A stretch of 64,000 nt of DNA. Source: Vicinamibacteria bacterium (GTDB lineage Bacteria; Acidobacteriota; Vicinamibacteria; Marinacidobacterales; Marinacidobacteraceae). The notes under the pieces were generated by a model. It searched no databases. It was not told the DNA's origin and worked only from the letters and a program-made list of their open reading frames with translations. Location of the stretch: positions 2,272,001-2,336,000 of the forward strand of contig CAXXLQ010000004.1 of NCBI GenBank assembly GCA_963668695.2. The letters are read 5' to 3'. The position numbers and the translations under genes were made by a program. Positions 61,599-64,000 of the stretch are shown here, in pieces (within the stretch, counting starts at the first letter, position 1; every line of letters begins with the position of its first letter).

Positions 61599-61931
61599 GT
61601 GGCCGGCCCCAAGACGCGGGTGGGGCTGCTTCGCATCACCCTGCGTTTGCCGTACGCCCGTTCGCGGAAAGATCGGCGCAGCGTGGTGCGGTCGCTATCG
61701 GATCGGCTGCGCGCCCGCTGCCTCGTTGCGGTTGCCGAAACCGGGGATCCGGAAACGCTCCGTGAGGCCGAGGTTTCGGTGGTTGCCGTCGGCCTCGGCG
61801 AAGAGGTAGTGAGCGCCCGATTGGAAACTGCGAGAAACATCGCCGTTCGCGCGTACCCTTCGGAGGTTGCGGACGCCGCGATCGAGTGGCTGACCGTTGA
61901 GGATTGGCAGCCTGTGGATCAAGTGACGTGA
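61599..61931 (+). CDS. DUF503 (YlxP-like) protein
   Basis: VGLLRITL.LP..RS.KDRRSVV, VAET; position between infB and rbfA. Confidence 0.8.
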   Translation: MAGPKTRVGLLRITLRLPYARSRKDRRSVVRSLSDRLRARCLVAVAETGDPETLREAEVSVVAVGLGEEVVSARLETARNIAVRAYPSEVADAAIEWLTVEDWQPVDQVT

Positions 61932-61995
61932 GCACCGAGGCCCAGCGGGATGCATCGCCGGTCAAACGCCGCGCGACTTTGTCCACCGGCTGCTA
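61905..61995. mobile_element. Internally deleted family A element
   Basis: CAGCCTGTGG...CCACCGGCTGCTA; encodes the last residues and stop of DUF503. Confidence 0.7.
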
Positions 61996-61999
61996 AGAG

Positions 62000-62428
62000 A
62001 TGAGGACCGGAGGAAGACGCGAGCGGGTGGCGGAAGCCATCCGACGGGAAGTTGCCGGAATCTTGCGATTCGAGTTGGCTGACCCCCGGGTCCGGCGCGC
62101 GACCGTGACCCGGGTTGCGTTGACCGGAGATCTCGGCGCGGCTCGAGTCTACGTGTCGATCTACGGCAGCGACGCCGAACAGAAGGAAACGCTTGCCGTT
62201 CTCGACCGGGCTCGGGGTCGGGTGCGTACCTTGCTGGGTTCACGGGTCCGGCTGCGCGCCACTCCGGAGATTCGGTTTGTCTTCGACCCGTCGGTTGAGT
62301 TCTCGATTCGTCTGGAGCAGATCCTGGACCGGGAGCGCGCTACCCGCCCGGCGGCGCCCGGGAGCAGCGAGTCCGCCGAGGGGGCGGGGGAGGAGGCAAC
62401 CGGCGGAGCCGATGAGGAGGAACCCTGA
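62000..62428 (+). CDS. rbfA: Ribosome-binding factor A
   Basis: RRERVAEAI, DPR, DLGAARVY, LRATPEIRF..D. Confidence 0.93.
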   Translation: MRTGGRRERVAEAIRREVAGILRFELADPRVRRATVTRVALTGDLGAARVYVSIYGSDAEQKETLAVLDRARGRVRTLLGSRVRLRATPEIRFVFDPSVEFSIRLEQILDRERATRPAAPGSSESAEGAGEEATGGADEEEP

Positions 62429-63381
62429 CTTCCGGTCTGCTCCTCGTTGACAAGGACGAGGGACTGACCTCGTTTGCCGTCGTTCGGCGCCTTCGAAGTT
62501 TGCTCGGCGGGGTTCGGGCGGGGCACGCTGGTTCCCTCGACCCCTTTGCCACCGGCCTGCTTCCCGTCTGCGTCGGCAGGGCTACCCGGCTCGTGCGATT
62601 CGTCTCCTCGGGCGCAAAGCGATATTCGGCTCGGGTGCGTTTCGGGCAGGCCACCGATACCGACGATCCGACCGGCGAGCCGGTCGGACCTCCGGCGGCT
62701 TGTCCGGACGCGTCCGCGATCCGGCGGGCGCTCCCCGGATTCCTCGGCGCCATCGAACAGCGCCCTCCTAACTTCTCGGCCAAACACGTTGGCGGCCGGC
62801 GGGCGTACCGGCTGGCCCGTGCGGGCGAACCGGTCGAATTGGCCCCAGCCCGCGTGCGGGTGGACGAGCTGCACCTTCTCAGCTACGACGGAGAGATTGC
62901 GGAGATTGCCTGTCAGGTTGGGCCCGGTACCTACATTCGGGCGCTCGCCCGGGATCTCGGCGAGCGCCTCGGAGGAGCCGCGCATCTGGTCGGTTTGCGG
63001 CGTACCGGAGTTGGGCCTTTTCGGGTGTCGGACGCGGTGCGGCTCGAAGACTTGTTGGATCGCGGTGATGTTCTGGAGCGCCTGCTCGATCCGCTGGCCG
63101 CACTGGAAGGGATGCCGCGGCTGCTGGTATCGGAAGACGAGTGCGCGCTGTTGGGTCACGGCCGCCTGCTCCCCTACCGCGCTCGCGACCCGCTGGACGA
63201 GGGAACCGAGGAAATGCCGCTGGCGGACGGCTTCCGTTGCGCCGTGGCGCAAACGGGGGCTCCTGGCGGACCTGGATTGGGCAAGGACGCTGGCCTTGCC
63301 CTGATTGCGGTCGTTTCGGCGACCGCTCTCGGCTGGCAGCCGGTCGTGGTATGGAATCCCGGCCCGACACTTCCTGAATGA
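62425..63381 (+). CDS. truB: tRNA pseudouridine(55) synthase, probable CTG start
   Basis: SGLLLVDKDEGLTS upstream of the track ORF, GHAGSLDPFATGLL, GTYIRALARDLG. Confidence 0.9.
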   Translation: MTSGLLLVDKDEGLTSFAVVRRLRSLLGGVRAGHAGSLDPFATGLLPVCVGRATRLVRFVSSGAKRYSARVRFGQATDTDDPTGEPVGPPAACPDASAIRRALPGFLGAIEQRPPNFSAKHVGGRRAYRLARAGEPVELAPARVRVDELHLLSYDGEIAEIACQVGPGTYIRALARDLGERLGGAAHLVGLRRTGVGPFRVSDAVRLEDLLDRGDVLERLLDPLAALEGMPRLLVSEDECALLGHGRLLPYRARDPLDEGTEEMPLADGFRCAVAQTGAPGGPGLGKDAGLALIAVVSATALGWQPVVVWNPGPTLPE

Positions 63382-63462
63382 GGTTCCTGGCCCGGCGGCA
63401 TCCGAGAATCCCGGTGCGGTGTGAACCCGCGATCAAGCCGCACGAGAGGTCGCTGCTGCCCC

Positions 63463-63702
63463 TCACAGTCTGGAGACGAAGTCACGCGCGGCCCAGTTCT
63501 CCCGGTGGGGGCTCTGCCGGCGCTGCATCCCGGTCGAACCGCGTCTCGGTGCGGCGCTCATCGTTGCGCTTCGGTCGAATACGCCTGGAATTCCTCCTCG
63601 CGGGCCTTGTCAGCCGGGCCCCCACCGGGAGGACTGGCCCCACCGGGAGAACTGGGCCTCGCCAGCCTCGGCGCTCACGTCACTTCGTCCCACGGGCTGC
63701 TC
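63463..63702 (+). mobile_element. Family A element, degenerate
   Basis: Core and 18-bp modules, end CCACGGGCTGCT. Confidence 0.78.
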
Positions 63703-63875
63703 GGTGTGGTAAGGTCCGGCCCGTAAAACCAGCCGACCGGGAATTGTGATCGCAAAGACCGAGCGTCTCGGCCTCCGGGCAACGAGTCAGGCAGACGGAA
63801 GCATTCATCAGGCGGCAGAAAGATAATTTTGACAGCGCTGGTCCCGGCTGGGGCGGCGAATCAGGAATAAGGGAA

Positions 63876-64000
63876 TTGGCACTCACACAGACATCACGAC
63901 GTGGGATCGTCGAGAAGTACCGGCGCCACGAAACGGACGCGGGTTCACCTGAGGTTCAGGTGGCGCTTCTCACTGCGCGGATCACGGGGCTGGCTGGCCA
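63876..64000 (+). CDS. rpsO: 30S ribosomal protein S15, partial
   Basis: TTG start; ...YRRHETDAGSPEVQVALLTARI. Confidence 0.9.
   Translation, partial: MALTQTSRRGIVEKYRRHETDAGSPEVQVALLTARITGLAG

Overview
High-GC (about 69% by eye) bacterial chromosomal window, mostly housekeeping genes. Fused LptF/G, a DUF6600 protein and rimP-nusA-infB-DUF503-rbfA-truB-rpsO suggest an Acidobacteriota-like genome (inference). Contents: a his cluster split into convergent halves, class II ribonucleotide reductase with NrdR boxes, mtaB, rimO, valS, asnS, metK, smc, glpX, an AmgK/MurU-like pair, lactate permease and peptidases. About 15 loci (roughly 6 kb, 9%) carry a modular TA-flanked MITE-like repeat that often sits exactly on stop codons and holds a nested 18-bp micro-module. 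Most unusual: (1) an RNase III with two nuclease domains (one catalytically degenerate) and two dsRBDs; (2) NusA with 36 in-frame decapeptide repeats; (3) a DCC-family oxidoreductase missed by the ORF track, with an in-frame UGA in its CxxC motif followed by a SECIS-like hairpin; (4) a second multi-hairpin element with compensatory changes; (5) tandem NrdR-like boxes before smc; (6) probable AUU and CUG starts for rimP and truB. All family assignments are by eye from motifs; no searches were run.
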